A stretch of 64,000 bases of DNA from an uncultured delta proteobacterium (GTDB taxonomy: Bacteria; Desulfobacterota; Syntrophia; Syntrophales; UBA2185): the NCBI GenBank assembly GCA_963695875.1, contig CAVOID010000009.1:1-64000 (forward strand), in the 5' to 3' direction. The translations under genes were made by a program, and so were the position numbers. The first letter of the stretch is position 1. Every line of letters begins with the position of its first letter. Below, piece by piece: positions 62,061 to 64,000 of the stretch. The notes under the pieces are model-generated. The model saw only the letters and a list, made by a program, of their open reading frames with translations, made no database searches and was not told where the DNA came from.

Positions 62061-62696
62061 ATGAATATAGGCAAAAGACAAAAAAAGTTAACAATCATCG
62101 TAATTCAGGACGAGAGGCGACTATGTTCCTTCAAGTTACCAATGAGCTTCTTAACAATCTTCCTCATAACAATCATAGGGCTAAGTATTATCTCCTTCAT
62201 CGCAGTCCTGCTTCACAATCGATTGGGAAGTTTAAACAAAGAGGAATTTACAGCCAGGGTTGAAACGCAACTAAAAGCAGTTGATGCAAGAGATAATAAA
62301 ACAGAAACTGGTAATACCCTAGGCAATACCATCGCGCTAAATTATGGTCTTTCCATAGAAAATTTTAAGGCACGCTTTGACCTTACAAAACAATCATTCC
62401 GCTATACATTTCTATTGAAAAACAAAAACTCAACGAGCACCACCGCAAATGGATATATATTTGTTATTCTAAAATCAGACGGTATGGGATCAGAACATTG
62501 GCTTGTGTATCCTCAAACTGTTCTTCTTAATGGAGTCCCACAAAATTTTAAAAATGGCGACCCTTTTTCCATCATTAAACATAAAGTCATCAATAAAAAG
62601 ATTACCACACAATATATTTATGATATTTCCGAAATATTCGTTTTTTCAAACGAAGGCAATCTTGTATTAAGAGAAATTTTTAATTTAAAAAACTAA
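62061..62696 (+). CDS. single-TM hypothetical protein upstream of bactofilin
   Basis: KKLTIIVI..SFKL N-terminal peptide, TM, beta-rich C-domain (FRYTFLL, GYIFVIL). Confidence 0.7.
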   Translation: MNIGKRQKKLTIIVIQDERRLCSFKLPMSFLTIFLITIIGLSIISFIAVLLHNRLGSLNKEEFTARVETQLKAVDARDNKTETGNTLGNTIALNYGLSIENFKARFDLTKQSFRYTFLLKNKNSTSTTANGYIFVILKSDGMGSEHWLVYPQTVLLNGVPQNFKNGDPFSIIKHKVINKKITTQYIYDISEIFVFSNEGNLVLREIFNLKN

Positions 62697-62728
62697 TAAA
62701 ATAAGGAAAAAGCGAGGGAAAATAAGAA

Positions 62729-63082
62729 GTGAAGGGCAAAGAAGACAATATCTCTATAATAAATAGGAACTGCAAAATTGAAGGAATACTGCATATTAAA
62801 GGACATTTAATAATTGAAGGTATCATAGAAGGAACACTTCTGGCTGAGACTGTTTTTACGGAAAAGGATAGCCGTGTAATCGCGAAGATAAATGCAACTT
62901 TCCTAACAATAGCAGGATTTTTTGATGGAGATATTGAAGTAACAGATACTCTTACGCTTTTAAAATCGGCCGATGTAAGAGGTCAAATTAGATGCCATAA
63001 ATTAATTATTGATGAGGGGGGCTCTATAAATGGCAACATAAAATTCATATCACAAGAAAGTTCACATAACAGCCCAATGTAA
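62729..63082 (+). CDS. bactofilin (polymer-forming cytoskeletal protein)
   Basis: SII...KIEG.L..KG.L.IEG.IEG, I.G.FDGDI, A.VRG.I...L.IDEGG.ING. Confidence 0.92.
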   Translation: MKGKEDNISIINRNCKIEGILHIKGHLIIEGIIEGTLLAETVFTEKDSRVIAKINATFLTIAGFFDGDIEVTDTLTLLKSADVRGQIRCHKLIIDEGGSINGNIKFISQESSHNSPM

Positions 63083-63307
63083 ACGAATCATCAAATATTT
63101 TTTAGAAGACCAATATTTTAGAAACAATATCCACAACTCTTCATGCTCCCTCATTCACTTATCCTCTGCAGCAGTTATCATCGACAGCTTTATCAAATAT
63201 CCCCTTTCATCCCAGTAGCTTAAAAAGTTATGGAAAATTGAATAAAAATAGTGTTATCCTAAAAATGTTTCTTAGATATTGATTGTACCATGCATATGGA
63301 GGTTTGA

Positions 63308-64000
63308 ATGAAAAATATTTTCGATAAGAAAGTGCTTCTGTTATTGTGCTTGTTTACTTCCCTGTTCCTACTCGGCCTTCAGGGAGATTCTCCAGTATCA
63401 GCTGCTCTGGAAAGGGGTATTTACAAGAATCTAAAGACATTCAATGAAGTACTTGACATAGTACAGAAAAACTATGTGGAGGAGATAGAGTCCAAAAAAC
63501 TTATAGAGGGAGCCATTAATGGAATGATGAAATCTCTGGATCCACACAGTACATACATGAGTGCAGATATGTACAAGGAACTGGAGGTAGAAACGCGCGG
63601 GAGTTTTGGTGGTATTGGTATTGAAATTACTATAAAGAAAGATGTCCTAACAGTCGTTTCACCTATCGAGGATACCCCTGCCTTCAATGCAGGTATTAAA
63701 GCAGGTGATCAGATTATACAGATTGACGGAAAATCTACCAAAGATATTACAATAATGGAGGCCGTCAAAAAACTGCGTGGGCCAAAGGATTCAAGAGTTA
63801 CCATCACTATTATGAGGGAAAACATGACCAAACCGAAGGAATTCGTGATTACCCGGGACATTATCAAGATAAAAAGCGTTAAATCAAAAATCTTTGATGA
63901 TCGTATCGGGTATATCAGGGTATCTTCATTCCAGGAAAGAACAGTGGATGATTTGAAAAAAGAAATAAAGGATATCAATGCGAAAGTTGGCGTTATAACG
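63308..64000 (+). CDS. S41 family carboxyl-terminal processing protease (CtpA-like), truncated by window edge
   Basis: Not in ORF track (no stop). Manual translation: signal peptide, YVEE..LIEGAINGM..SLDPHS.Y, GSFGGIGIEI, VVSPIEDTPA..AGIKAGD (PDZ), IGYIRVSSFQE. Confidence 0.94.
   Translation, partial: MKNIFDKKVLLLLCLFTSLFLLGLQGDSPVSAALERGIYKNLKTFNEVLDIVQKNYVEEIESKKLIEGAINGMMKSLDPHSTYMSADMYKELEVETRGSFGGIGIEITIKKDVLTVVSPIEDTPAFNAGIKAGDQIIQIDGKSTKDITIMEAVKKLRGPKDSRVTITIMRENMTKPKEFVITRDIIKIKSVKSKIFDDRIGYIRVSSFQERTVDDLKKEIKDINAKVGVIT

Noticed and set aside
1545..63978. Numerous short ORFs antisense to or overlapping recognised genes (e.g. 2582-3088, 46269-46814, 60786-61328, 63472-63978)
   Set aside because: Shadow frames of well-supported genes, with no motifs or RBS support.
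1..64000. CRISPR arrays, tRNA/rRNA genes, intact transposases, prophage or defence genes
   Set aside because: None seen; intergenic gaps are short and show no regularly spaced repeats or cloverleaf-like sequences.

Overview
A near-complete flagellar and chemotaxis supercluster. Gene content and order suggest a Desulfobacterota/Syntrophales-like deltaproteobacterium (inference). Left to right: (i) a sigma28-preceded chemosensory operon on the minus strand (HTH/pseudo-receiver, stand-alone Cache protein, MCP, cheW, cheR, cheD, HDOD, running off the window edge); (ii) a TPR gene and a flagellin-modification island (methyltransferase-methyltransferase-GT2-TPR fusion plus GT2-TPR); (iii) fliC, fliD, fliS, a fliT-like gene and flaG on the plus strand; (iv) about 43 kb of minus-strand flg/flh/fli genes with csrA-fliW, fliA/flgM, a FlrB/FlrC-like two-component pair and a second sigma54 activator; (v) a sigma28-preceded small FlgM-associated-like gene plus a REC-GAF-HD-GYP phosphodiesterase, a MotE-SPOR fusion, a bactofilin pair and the start of a CtpA-type protease. 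Five sigma28 and five sigma54 promoters are readable directly. About two dozen single-base indels, mostly +1 and with no nonsense substitutions seen in these genes, split many genes and most likely are sequencing errors. No motA/motB, cheA/cheY/cheB, RNA genes, CRISPR or intact transposase were seen. The most unusual items are an apparent 32-heptad MCP, a sensor-less ChpT-like pseudo-kinase in the fliA region, a pseudo-receiver transcription factor, a set of candidate periplasmic motor-scaffold proteins (two MotE, two FliL, a large TPR protein), CsrA-type hairpins on fliC and flgM, and MITE-like and four-helix-bundle relics in spacers. I cannot claim a wholly new system, only uncharacterised accessory modules of a known one.
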